DNA of 64,000 nucleotides from Takakia lepidozioides. Lineage: Eukaryota > Plantae > Bryophyta. How positions within the stretch are numbered: position 1 is the stretch's first letter; each line of letters starts with the position of its first letter. Below the pieces are notes generated by a model. That model was not told the origin of the DNA, did not search any database, and saw nothing but the letters and a program-made list of their open reading frames with translations. The stretch covers positions 40,176,001 to 40,240,000 of the forward strand of contig CM060733.1 of NCBI GenBank assembly GCA_030704615.1, in the 5' to 3' direction. Shown piece by piece: positions 36,230 to 49,137 of this stretch. The position numbers and the translations under genes are program-made.

Positions 36230-37949
36230 GCAGCAGCAGCAGCTATCAGTCACTCCCCCCCACCCCCCCACCTTCTTTTCTTTTCCTTGTTGGCCCCTGA
36301 TGTCTCCCTCTCACTCCCTCTCTCTGTCCCTCTCTGTCCCTCTCTCCCTCTCCCTCTCTTCTGTGCTACTCTCTTTTAAGCTCCCGACACCCTAAATTCA
36401 AGGTCAGATGGTGGGTTCAGCTGCAACATTTGTCCAACACCAGATATCCTAAGTTAATCGACTCTATATCTTGGAAACAGGACCGCCCTGTCAAACAGGG
36501 TGAGACCTGGGAGAAGAGAGTAAAAGGGTTCTCAAGGATCTGAATCTGGACCCCGCAAGTCTTGACCTTGCTGGATAAACCTGACTTAGAGAGTGTAGTG
36601 TCCAAAACCATGTCTATTACCAGAAAATTGTCCGATGAAAATGAAGTTAGAGAAAACTTCCCTGAACCTGTTTCCAGTCTATGACATGGGGGAGGACATC
36701 ATGGATGCGCTCAAGGGTCTATCCCACTCTTGGCACCAGACCTAAATTTAAAGTCAGGGCAGGAAGACTACCTTTGAACAGTAAACAGAAGCAGAGAGGA
36801 AAGGGAGAGTGAAATTTCCGTGACGTACCTCTGTTGCTGCTGGTGCTTGAGGCGAGCTGGCGCGACGAGCTACTGCGGTGCTGTCGCGGGTCCCCGCCGC
36901 TGCAGGGCATCTCTCCCCCGCTCACCACGGCTCTCTCTCTCTTCAGCTCGTTAGGTCGCCTCTGCGCGGCGTTCCTACCACACAGGGGAGAGAGACATCA
37001 GCCCGTGCTTAGGGCAAGAAAGAAAGACAGAAAGTGAGGGAGGAGGCGGTGCTTACCTTGGGCGTTGGAGCGGCGTTGGGGCAAAACTCCTTGGGGCCTT
37101 GCGCCCACCTCGGGCTCAGCAGTAGGTGCGTTTCTCCTCCACCCTAAACCCCACTCTCTGAACTACCTCTCTCCAAAGAACAAACGAAAAAAGGGAGGTG
37201 AAAGAGATGCTTCAAGCACGTAGGAAAAAAAAGGGCGCGGCGCCCACGTGCGATGCCTAGCCGTCGCACGCCTGCGCCCGCCCTTTTTTTGAAATGTAAA
37301 AATGAAGTTTACGACGGCTGGCCGTTGTTTCTTGCGACCCCCGGCCATAAATATAAAAAAACGTCACCCCCGCGACGGCTGTCCGTCGTGGGGTGCGACC
37401 CCCAGGTAAAAAAAAAAAAAAAAAACTCGTCGTCCAATGCGACGCCAAGGTGTCGCAGGAGGCGACGGCCGACCTTTCTGGATTTAGGGTTTAGGGCCTT
37501 TTGGGTTTCTTAGTTTTTATTTATTTTATTTTTTTTCATATGGTACTGGGTTATGGTGTTTGCTTTTTTATGGTGCTGGGTTTTGGATTGGCGGTTTTGG
37601 TTGTGGGTCTTGGGGTTAAAAGGATAAATGGTGTAATTAGGATTCACATACCCAAAATGTGGTTCAATCTGATAATCGCAAAGCGCTGGGTCTCAACAAA
37701 TTTTTCCATAGTGTGAGCATCCTGAAGATAGAACGAGAGGAAGGATTTATTGTCTTGGGCTCTAGCACCATAGGGATGCTCCGCCTTTGGTTACCAATTT
37801 TGAAAGCCCCGAGGCTGAGGCATAGGGTTTTTTTGCCAACGGTTTTTGAGAAATGAAAGTGTTGGTGGTGTGTGTTAATTAGGATGGGATGGTGAGGAAA
37901 CATCAACCGTCTCCCTCAAGGGATGGGGAGGTAGTACCACATATCGATT

Positions 37950-40900
37950 GTGGCCCTAGAGCGACCATTTTCGTGGCGAGGAGGCCCCATTGCACCTGAT
38001 CCAATACGGGCTACCGGGCACAATTGGAAGGGAGCGCGGGCCAAATTTCAGGTGATGCGGAGGATGTTGACACTCCGGGATCGAGTCAGGCGCACCGCGG
38101 GTTGCCCCCGCGGGCCACTCCGTCCAACCACGTCCACCTTTGACCCCCCCAACAGGATTGAGTGTTGGTGCACTAAGTGTTGGAACGGATACCGCCGGGC
38201 GGCACCAGACCACCGAGGCGGCGCGCATGTTGTCGAAAAACATTACAAGAAGAACGAGATTGCGGATGCGGCAAAGGTGAGTGTTTTCCTACCCCTCTCA
38301 TTAAACATTCATTCAAGGTACATTTAGGTTTATCTAATAATATAGTATGATTGGTAAGCATACATGATCAAAAATTACGACATAAGTATTGATGCGTCGT
38401 TCACTACGCACATTGCAGCCACGACTTGATGCCCAAGCTCGCAATCACATTGCACAGGAGGCATTTTGCGCCGGTCTACTTGCAGAATTGTGCCAGAGCA
38501 TGTGCCCGATGGACCAGTTGGTTCCCCAGCAGCACATAGATGAGATGCGTAGGGTTGAGGGTATCGTAGGTGTCGTAGGCGTTATGGCGGCGACGAGCAG
38601 GCCCACCCCCCCCCCTTCCAGTTTCCTCAGGCGGTCCCCTGATTGTGGCCTCCCCCCCCCCCCCCCCCCCGTTTGTTTCTTTGCCTGATCCGGACGTTGT
38701 ACCCCCGGCTGCACCTCCGACATTACATCCTCAACCACCTCACTTCATCTCCTCCGCCAGCAGTACACCTCCACCTCCACCACCACCACCACCTCCACCT
38801 CCACGTGCATGTGCCCCCCAAACCCCTAGGAGGGGTCGGCTTCGCCCTAGGTTTCCTCCCCTTCGGCTGGGCGGCTTGAGCCGGATCCTTCCCCCGATGG
38901 GAAACGCATATGACTATGTTACTGAGGACCGTCCAGCCTCGTTGATGGGGGAATCATCTCGACCCTCCCACCCCCATCCGAGAAAATGTGGAGTTCGAGT
39001 ATTGGGGGAGACGGTATGTTGTGAGAGCCGCTACAGACCCTACTATGGGTCGGGTTTATTCACGGTCAATGATATTGTGGTTCCTCCTCGGAGAAACAAC
39101 ATGGTGGACTGTTTCCCTACTACGGTCCATACTACACCTCCGCGAGAGTTCCGTACATTACGCCTCGAAGCCCCATACATCCTACCCTATATTTTGTGTG
39201 TCAACGGACAGGATGTACGTAGACGGGGGTTGTCTCCCATTGAGATCAGATTTTGTGATGGTGACCCCGACATCTTCGGCAATGTTGCTGGGCTGGTCAA
39301 TAGTTCTTTTGGTCATCCTAGGAGAACCAATGTAGTATGAGACGAGCGAAGCGATGGGCATGAGAGCTTTTGTGGTCATACGTCAGTATACTGTGAGGGG
39401 ATGCACATGTTTGTGATGACATGTGCTAGTAGGACTATTAGGGCTGGCAGCAAACTATTTGCATCATACAAGTTCTTCCGGGATGATTGGGACCTCCTAT
39501 TACAGCGTGAGTGAGATGTGTATGATAGAAATAGGGTTCCTTTGAGATAGGGATTGCGTAGAGGGGCATTGTAGATATTCTCATGATGTACTTTGTATAC
39601 ATCCGATTAATCGATTGATTTAATTTTTTTTCTTGTTGCTCGTGTGGGTTGTAACTTTGCATATATGATCTAAACATACTTATGCACATGTGGACCAAAT
39701 ATGAGCTTGAACCAAGTTGATTCAATGGGTCATTCTAGTGTTGAACGCAGCTACGTGTCATAGAGACAGAAAATTGTGTTTCGCCTGCAGATGATTTTTT
39801 TTATTATTCCATTTTCAAGCCATATGCTTAATGATAGCATATGCAATGTGCGTGCAAAATTTGGGAGTAAACAAAAGTCATTTGGACCCATAACCAGATT
39901 TTGTTCTCTCATTTGCACTCCAAAGTTGAGTTATCTTCAACTTCATGCACTCTTTATAGAAGAGTTCTGCAAAAGTGACCCTAGAAACACACTTATTTTT
40001 TTTCCATTTTTTTTTGTCCCATTTTTTGCATGGATGTAGTGGTGCAAAGCCCGATGTCACAGAACAAAATAGAGCTAAAAAAAAATCATTACGCCCCTCA
40101 AAACCGCAATTATATATTTTCTAAATGCAAATATTTATTTTAAATTCATTTAAATTCATTTAAATTCGAGTTAATTCAAAATTGGCACAAGGGTGAGTGC
40201 GTCGTTGGGGAGGCAATTTTATTTATTTATTTTTTCCTGCTGGATCTTTGTAGAGGTGTTGCACACATATTTAAGCACGTGTAGGAAAAAATGAAGCTTG
40301 AGCCACATCCGTTTATTGGGTGCAATGGCATGAGAGGATTTTCTTTCACATTAATAAACAAAAATTGGTTGATAGGGTGAATGCGTCATTGGGGGGCAAA
40401 TGATTTGTTTGGGTTTGAAACTTTGCATGCGTGTACGTTGCGCACATACATGTAATTATTGAATGACATATTTGATGCACACACACATTGAAGGTTGTTG
40501 TTTGCATTTTGCTTATAATTAAGTGTATGGTTGCAAGGACACATTATAATATATGTCCATATGTTCATTTGTTCGTATCAGGACTTTGTCTATCCCTTCC
40601 CGATCTTTTCTCTTGGCATCCCATCCGAAAACAACCCAAGTACATCAGGCGGGAGCCGTGGGTGAGACGCCGCCCCCACGGTACCGGACGATGATGATGA
40701 CGATGACAATGATAGTGACAGTGACAACAACAATGAGCATTGAATTAACCAGGAGGATGTGCAAGCCATGGAGGATCTCTTAATGCATCATGTGGGCGCT
40801 TATGCATCCCATGAAGAGGGAACCCGGCCAACCGATGATCCTGAAATGGCCCCCTCAAATGACATGGAGAGGGAGGCGAGAACTCCCTTGTACGAAGGGG

Positions 40901-41260
40901 CGAAAATGAGTCGACTTTCAACAATCTTACTTTTGCTCAATCTTCAAATTCGATTTGGCATAAATAATGTTGGGATGTCTGCCATAATGCGAACTATTGC
41001 AGACTATATTTTTGCTCCACACTTGAAACCCAAGATGCCACGGTCGCGGAAAGAGGCGCGCGAAGTCTTGGACTCTGTGGGGATGAGCTATAAGATTCAT
41101 GCATGTCCATGTGATAAAACCCTATACTACGGAGATGATTCGCATCTCACGAAGTGCCCAAAGTGCAAGAAAGACCAATATCGGGATGATGTCCAAGGGA
41201 AAAAAGTACCACGCAAGGTATAAGCACCATTCCCCCTCGCATGGAGATTATTAGAGAGTA
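37950..41260 (+). mobile_element. CACTA/EnSpm-like transposon relic (transposase-associated zinc-finger exon plus N-terminus of TnpD); ends not found
   Basis: IECWCTKCWN...HVVEKH at 38157-38245. ARTPLYEGAKMSRLSTILLLLNLQ...MPRSRKEA...KIHACPCDKTLYYG...TKCPKC...KKVPRKV at 40759-41223 is typical of EnSpm TnpD. Confidence 0.7.
38419..39514 (+). pseudogene. Proline-rich linker plus SET-domain-like region (one in-frame TGA; frameshift at a poly-C tract)
   Basis: YGSGLFTVNDI ... YIL ... DGDPDIFGNVAGLVNSSFG...NVV, stop at 39338-39340, then in the same frame FVMTCASRTIRAGSKLFASY. These match the SET motifs GxGLF, GNxAxxxNHS and AxRxIxAGEELxxxY. Confidence 0.65.
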
Positions 41261-42363
41261 GTACTCATGCAAGATCTGATTGTGGTTTTGGAAGGAGTGA
41301 GTGAGGAGTGGAAGGAGCGACGTTTGGTTTTGACCATTCACATCCAAATGAGGGAGATGCTGCATAAAGAGAAAGACATAAGGGTGTTGTATTATGTGTG
41401 CTAATGAGATGATTATATGTGGGGGGGGCGTGGGGTATTTCATCATAGAAAATGCATTACTTTCCGATCATCCCGTGATTGAGGGCACAGTACCGAAGCC
41501 CCGAATTGGCCAGACTCATGAGATGACATGCCTCGCATCGGAGCCCTCCGGAAAAGGTGTGCGGGCCACAAGATTCACAAGCATGGAGAGAATGCTCAAA
41601 TCACAGCTTCTTATGGAAGCTTCTTAGTAGCCATTATATATAGGAGGCGATACTGGACACTCTTCAGTCTCGCTAACACCAGTTCAAGCTACTCTTGTTT
41701 CCAATTCCCAGTACCCTAGCCCAGTTTCCAGTATCTGGTACTCCAGTCAAGTTTCCAGCATTCCAGTATTCAAGTCGTGTTCCAATATCTGATATCCTTG
41801 TTCATTGTTATAAAGATCGTATTGATTCCTATTTACTTATCATGCATACGGCCACGCCGACCTTGACTTCTTGCCTAGTCTTGTACCTCTAGTCTGATCT
41901 CTTGTTTGTGTTCAGTTATGTTCTCGTCCTTGACAGGTAGTCTTTCTCTCTGAAATCTTCATGTTTGGCCTCCGCCATGTTATTTTTCACTGGATCACCC
42001 TTCATGTTTATCGTGAGTCCACACCTTATGGTTGCATTCGGGCCTCAGGGTTTTATTTTTTTCCCTCAATAATTTTAATAAAGTGTTAAAGGGCTACCTC
42101 CCCTTTCTCCAAAAAATAAAATAAAAATAAAATAAAAACTGTTCCCCTCTTTGTCTAAAATATTCATCATCTCTTAAAAATGAATTAATTAAAGTTGGAA
42201 TAGAGCGGCCTCTATGGTATTTTTTCCTGTTCTTGTATTCCGCGCTTTTTAAAAAAGCAGCTCCGCCACAAGAGGCTCTGTCGTGTGATTTTGTTGATTT
42301 TGTGGTTGTTGTTTTATACTTTTTGTAGGGCTTCATGAGTCATTCCCATCAACACTCCATAGA

Positions 42364-42564
42364 CTAGGCTTAATGGATAAGCCTAGTTCTCCATTCTCCG
42401 CCTAGGCAAGAAGTCTCCACAATGCCTCTATCCCTTGGAGGTCCCATGTCCCATCAACCTTCTAAAGACTAGGCTCTCTCTCTCTCTCTCTCTAGGCTTA
42501 ATGGATAAGCCTAGTTCTCCAATCTCCGCCTAGGCAAGAAGTCTCCGCAATGCCTCTATCCCTT
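42364..42564. repeat. Direct duplication of about 72 bp separated by a spacer containing a (CT)n tract
   Basis: CTAGGCTTAATGGATAAGCCTAGTTCTCCA...CCTCTATCCCTT at about 42364 and 42493; each copy starts with a short hairpin. Confidence 0.8.
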
Positions 42565-42955
42565 GCGGGACAGAGCCAATAAAATCCACGGGGCCAGTCA
42601 CCAGTGTCCCCTGTTTCAGGAAAAAAAAAAAGAAAGAAAAAGAAAGATACTGAACTTGTATTGATGAACAGATTGACCGGTAAGTAGAATAGGGTTTGCA
42701 ACTTTGCACACCAAGACGCTGACATTGATAGACCACAAGGCCCTCCGTCGTGCTGACACACAGACCAGGCCAACACAGTCGCTGACTCACTGCTCTTCTG
42801 TCAAGAATCCTGCTCAAATGTCAACTCCCTGTAACGGCTATCCGACCGGTTTGAAATTTGGGACTGCCCCGTGTCTAGTTTTGAAAAATGGTTTAGGAAG
42901 AAGATCAAACTTGCATGACCCAAAACCCTAAAACCCTGCAGGAGAGAGCGCAGCG

Positions 42956-45900
42956 ATGGCGGGTCTGATCGCTTCCCGGCTTCTCAAGTCCAAGAAATCA
43001 ATCTCGGCTTCGTCAGCGGCCTCATTGTTGTTGTGCCGATGGACCGAAGCCTGTAGAGCTTTCAGGTTTGAACGGATCCCATCTTCTGTGTGGTTTAGTA
43101 TTAAAAATGACGACCTGGCCTTACTGTGGAGTACAAGAAAGGGCCTTTGTGATTTCTTGCACTATTATCGCGGAAAAGTGAAGAAAGAGGCCGACAGGCA
43201 ACGCCCTGAGGCGGAATTAGGGGAGCTTGGGAAGGATGGTTTGCTCTGAACTTATCTATGTTGTGCCCTTGAGTCGATAGTCCTCTTGGATTATCCAACC
43301 TATCAGAGCTCGCCCTGGGGTTACATCCCACCAGGGTATGCCAGTCGGTGTGTGTCGTCTATGGTTTAACCTTGAGGCTGGACTCCTCTTTGAGGTTACC
43401 TCTCAGAGCTGATTGTGGGGTTTCATACCATCGGGGCATCAAAATCAGTCCATTAGGCTGCAGTTCTATTACGGCGAACAAATAGCTGACAGGGAATTGA
43501 GTGTCAGTGCAATGACTTGCAGTAATACACCTGAAAGCATGCAGTTGAGATCAGCAGTGGTACAGCAGCACAGTACCTGACACAGATGAGTGAGGGTCGT
43601 TGGAAATTCACCGCCACACCTTGGAAATAATTGATCTGACACCCTGGGTAGCATGGATGTGTGTATAAACGATTTTGGGTTGACCATACTTTGTCCTTGA
43701 GACAAGGCACCTTAGTGTTACCACTCAAAGCTGTTGAGTTTAGCACCATCGAAATAAAATTATTCGGCTGCAGTTCGACTCACTACAGCAAACAAATTAG
43801 TTGACAAGAAATTGAGTTTCAGTGTAAGGACTGGCACTATTGCACCACAGATTTTATTTAATTTGAAATCAGCAGTGTACAGCAGCACTCTTCCTGACAG
43901 AGACAAAGTGGGGTGTTTGCCAGTTCACTGCCATCCCTTGAAGATAGTTGAGCAGAATTCTGGGTAGCCCAGATGGATGCATGATGCACGTGTGCATGTG
44001 CGATTGCAGTGCAAAAGCTGGAGTGGGGGATGTTATTGGCATTGATTTGGGGACCACAAACTCATGTGTGGCTGTTATGGAGGGCAAGGTGAGGCTACTG
44101 CTTATCACATGAACATGTCTGCATGTAATTGGATGGTGTTGTCTGCAGAGCTGACCTAATGCTACATAGATCATTGAGGATTTTGATCCTTCAAACCTGA
44201 AGCTCCTTCACCTGATTTTCATGTATACTTTATGTACAGTCATCATCCATGTGATTAATTCAGAATGTCTTAGGCTGGCTACTGGGGTTGAGCATTTTAG
44301 GATTATGAAAGCAGCTAACCAAACGTGTACTTTCAAGTTTATTTGTCTACAGTCCTAGACTGTTGAAGGCCAGCATTGTTGTCCCTGTTAGTTGCTCTGT
44401 TACATGATATTCATGGGTTAGTTTTTCCTCCTTAGTAGTCCCCCCTAGCATATGTGTTGATTTATGACATCTTTTATCTTGTTGCAGACGGCCAGTGTGA
44501 TTGAGAATGCAGAGGGGGCTCGAACAACTCCTTCTGTTGTGGCCTTCACACCCAAGGGTGAGCGTCTTGTTGGCACACCAGCAAAACGGCAGGCTGTCAC
44601 AAACCCAACCAATACTCTCTTTGGCACAAAGCGTTTGATTGGCCGGCCATTTGATGACCCGCAGACCCAGAAGGAGGCAAAGATGGTGCCCTATAAGATA
44701 GTTTGTGCACCTAATGGGGATGCCTGGGTTGAGGCTGGTGGCCAGAAGTATTCCCCCAGCCAGGTGGGTGCTTTTGTTTTGGGTAAAATGAAGGAGACAG
44801 CTGAGTCGTACTTGGGGCGGTCAGTCGGCAAGGCAGTGATCACAGTACCTGCATATTTCAATGATGCCCAACGGCAAGCAACAAAAGATGCAGGTCGCAT
44901 TGCAGGACTAGATGTACTCCGAATCATTAATGAGCCCACAGCTGCTTCACTGTCATATGGCATGGATCGCAAGGAGGGCCTGGTGGCTGTTTTCGACTTG
45001 GGAGGTGGGACTTTTGACATTTCGATTCTAGAAATATCAGGTGGCGTGTTTGAGGTATGATTGGGTACCTTCGCGGACGTTGGATGTGATTGAGTTACTC
45101 TGTGATGAAGTGCTACATTATCTCAGTGAGTTTTTAGCTCCAGGCCAATGTTCGTTTGATTACATAATAGTGGAGGATTGAATTGGCTTGGGGATAGACA
45201 CAAAACCTACGTCATTAAGCGGGGTCAATGACGTAGATTGACGCACAGCAGATTGATGCTTGTGCGAAGGACGTTCTAGAGGAAGTCTGAAAAGCCCAAA
45301 CAAATTGTTTATATCAAGGCAAGTCCCACTACTGGAGGGAGCCCCTCACAAAGGTAGTGTCTGTTACCTCTTGTTCTGCCCAAACTGCGTGCTACTATGG
45401 CCACAAGGCTGTGGCAAACAACATCTTATGAGTACATTCTCTCCAACTGATTTATTACTTGCTGGCAGGTGAAGGCAACCAATGGAGATACATTTCTGGG
45501 AGGGGAGGACTTTGACAATGCACTGCTGCAACACCTGGTGGATGAATTTAAGAAAGATCAAAGCATTGACCTCTCATCAGACCGTCTCGCACTACAGCGC
45601 CTGCGAGAGGCAGCTGAGAAGGCAAAGGTGGAGCTCTCTTCCACCCCTCAGACTGACATCAACCTGCCCTTCATCACTGCCGATGCTTCGGGTGCCAAGC
45701 ACTTAAATGTGACACTTACACGCTCCAGGTCATGGTCCTAGATAATTGTTCATTTTGGTTTTGGCAAAGTTGTTTGTGACCAAGTCCATTTGATAAGAAC
45801 CACATCCAGTGATATGCACACTGATCAATGAAGAGTCAGAACAGATTGGCTTCTCACTTTTTTGGCTCCTGTATGGTTTTTTGTACCCCACCAGCTTCTT

Positions 45901-47498
45901 ATTGTTTACCAGTAAGCTGGATGAACACAGCTTCGTGGTTTGTTACTAGTAGTTGTATAACTGTATAATCTCATTGCAATCACCAATTTCCATCTTCTAT
46001 ATCACAACTTACATTTCCAGGACACCGCTGAATTGATGTGTGATGTTGAATATGAACAGATATGAGCAGCTGGTAGATCACCTGATCCAGCGGACGAAGC
46101 AGCCATGCAAGGACTGCCTCAAGGATGCAGGTGTCGCCGCCAAAGAGATAGATGAAGTGCTTCTAGTGGGCGGGATGACCCGCATGCCCAAGGTTCAAGA
46201 GATTGTGACCAACATCTTCAGCAAGGAGCCGAGCAAGGCAGTCAACCCAGACGAGTGTGTCGCTATGGGGGCAGCGATTCAGGGTGGAGTTTTGCGTGGG
46301 GATGTTAAGGACATTCTTTTACTGGATGTGACCCCCTTGTCTCTGGGGATAGAGACACTAGGGGGAGTGTTTACACGATTGATCACACGTAACACCACAA
46401 TCCCCACCAAGAAGAGTCAGGTTTTTTCGACAGCGGCAGATGGCCAAACAGAGGTGACTAGAGCTAGAACTTTGAATCTCACAGTGCCACCTTCTTGGTA
46501 GGAGACAATAGGTTGCATGTTTATTGCTTGGGCTCAGGATTGAGCTGTGTATAGGTGGACCAAGATCAATTCCTCCTGGGGTTGGCAAACTTGTTACTCC
46601 TCAACTTTACTGAATGATGTTCCAATATGGTAAGGTAGCACGGTGGTGGTGAGTCAGTGATGTGCCTTACTATTGAGCACCTGCATGACAAAGTACGTAA
46701 AACTATGAAATGCAGGATGGTGCTGCATTATCTACCTGTTGCTGTAGATGTGTTGTATGGCTGGGTAGTATCTCCCTGGTGAAGTGCTTTCATTCACTTC
46801 CACTATCAAAGACTCTGTTCCAATTGTGGTCCTATAGACCGCAGCCTATGGCATCACGATTCTCACTCTGCTGCCTATATTGTGCAACTTTGTAGGTGGG
46901 TGTGAAGGTGTTGCAAGGGGAGCGCGAGATGGCAGCTGACATAAAGACACTAGGTCAGTTCGATTTGGTGGGTATCCCTCCTTCTCCACGTGGTGTTCCC
47001 CAAATCGAGGTCACATTCGACATAGATGCCAATGGCATTGTGAATGTGTCTGCCCGGGACAAGGCCACAGGGAAGGAACAGGCGATCACAATCCAGTCAT
47101 CAGGGGGGCTGTCAGAGTCGGAAATTCAGAAAATGGTGCATGATGCTGAACTCTATGCTCAAAAGGATCAAGAGAAGAAGCAGCTGATTGATGCCAAGAA
47201 TGATGCAGACACCACACTCTACTCTGTTGAGAAGAGCTTGAATGAGCACAAGGAGAAGTTGCCACAGGACGTTGTTGACAGTGTCAATGCGGCCCTTGCA
47301 GAATTGAGACAGGCAGTCCAAGCTGAGAATTTGGATGACATTCGCCAAAAGACTTCTGCTGCACAGACAGCATCCATGAAAATTGGAGAGACTCTGATGA
47401 AGCAGTCGGGTTCAAGTGGGACGCCTGGGGGTGGAGCTACTGGAGCTGGCCCAGCGGCGGAAGCCGAGTATGAGGATGTCACAGAGAGGAAGAAGTGA
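42956..47498 (+). CDS. mtHSC70: Mitochondrial HSP70 (DnaK-type), 6 exons: 42956-43065, 44010-44088, 44488-45054, 45469-45728, 46060-46453, 46896-47498
   Basis: Basic Ser/Leu-rich presequence, [75 protein letters not shown] introns in phase. Telobox AAACCCTAA just upstream. Confidence 0.95.
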
Positions 47499-49137
47499 GT
47501 GGGCAGCAAGGGCCATGAAAGGAAAGGGGAAGGTTCGAGACATTGCATTCAACAGCTCATTATTCTTGCAATGATTCAGTATTGAGTAACGAAACAGATG
47601 GAGTATCGAGGGCAGTAGGATTGGAAAAGCTGAGGTTTCCAAATGACATACTCAAGGCGAAATTATACATTTGATCCTTTTGTGGGATCAACCTACCAGT
47701 GGCATGGATTCTCCAGTGCGAGGAAAGCTGTGGGGTTATGCACTACTTTGAGCTTGAACTTGAATGCACATAGTGCCTGGAATGGGCAGGACTTTGGGTG
47801 GTAGTTCTTCAGCACCCTTGTGCACAAAAGGTTGTGAAAAAGTACAGTGCTGGAGTTTTGCCTAGGTTCGTACGTCATGGCCTTGAGTGATTTCCTTGGC
47901 CTCAAACCACTGACTTCTATAGGAGAGGAAAGAAAGCATTAAGACTGTTATTCTTCAAGACATAATTTGCGTCTAGAGGAAAATCCCGGCAATGTCCAAC
48001 GAGTTATCAAGGGGACCATTTCATGTGTTTCACAGGTTGTCGATTTTGATGTGATCTTCATCCAGGGGAATTGTTGGCTTCAAGCCTTAGAGATCAAGTG
48101 CATCATAGAGTCCAGTATTACGTACGAAAAAAGGTTCTCATCTTGCTCTAAACAGCAAATGCTTGGCTAGAAACCCCTCAGACTGGAACTAAGTGCAGCA
48201 GTGAACCATCATGTTACTACTAGTACTAGAGATCCAACTGGAAGTGAGGCTATTGTTGGGAAAGGAAAAGGCCCATCGTTAGACCCCCCCAAAGAAGAAA
48301 GGAAAGTATAAAGGTTTCCCCCGCACCGCATTTTTGTTGCACTGTTTGATTACTTACATGGATAAGGGAAATGCGGTACCACATTTCCGTTCCACTGTTA
48401 CATGCCGTACATGTTGGACGGAAATGCGGCGTCGCATTTCGGTTCTGGAAATTCGGAAGACCTACTGCTAGAGGTCTTCCCCTTCCAGTTTTACTTATCT
48501 ATTATGCCCTCTGGGTCTCCTGGGGATGTCCTTCGCAGAGGTGATGAATGAGAGAGGGAAAAAACAGTATTGTTAATAATTATTGCATTGTTTTTAATTG
48601 ATTTTTTTTTGTTTTTAATTATTTGTTTTTCAAGAGAACAGGGGACTGAGGCCCAGTTTTTCTTTTCTGAAGTTTGGAAAATAACAGGAGTGGCTAACTC
48701 AGTTTTGCACGAAATAGACATATTTTCTGTTCATCCACTGAAATTTGAATATAATCATCCTCTTTTGTACTTTCATCCCTCTATATCATCCATATTTGGT
48801 GAATTCAGCCAAGATTTATATTTTATTTAGAGAAGTTTGGCGATTTCATCCATGAGATAACTGGGAATTTACGACAGAATATCCCATTTTATTTTTTGAG
48901 GTCGAATTTTATGTGGAATTATTACGGGGAAAAAAACAAAACCCCCGGGCCCACCACAGCTTTCGCTTTCCGGAAAACCAGAAAAAAAAACAAAAACAAA
49001 AACTCAAAAAAAAGAGAAAAAGGGTGGGATTACGGAAATAGGGGGCGTAGTGGGGATGATAGGCCCCTATCCGCCAGCGCTGGCTGTCTCGCAGCTGCGG
49101 TGCACATTGTGGAGCTCACGGTGCGGAGCTTGCAGCC

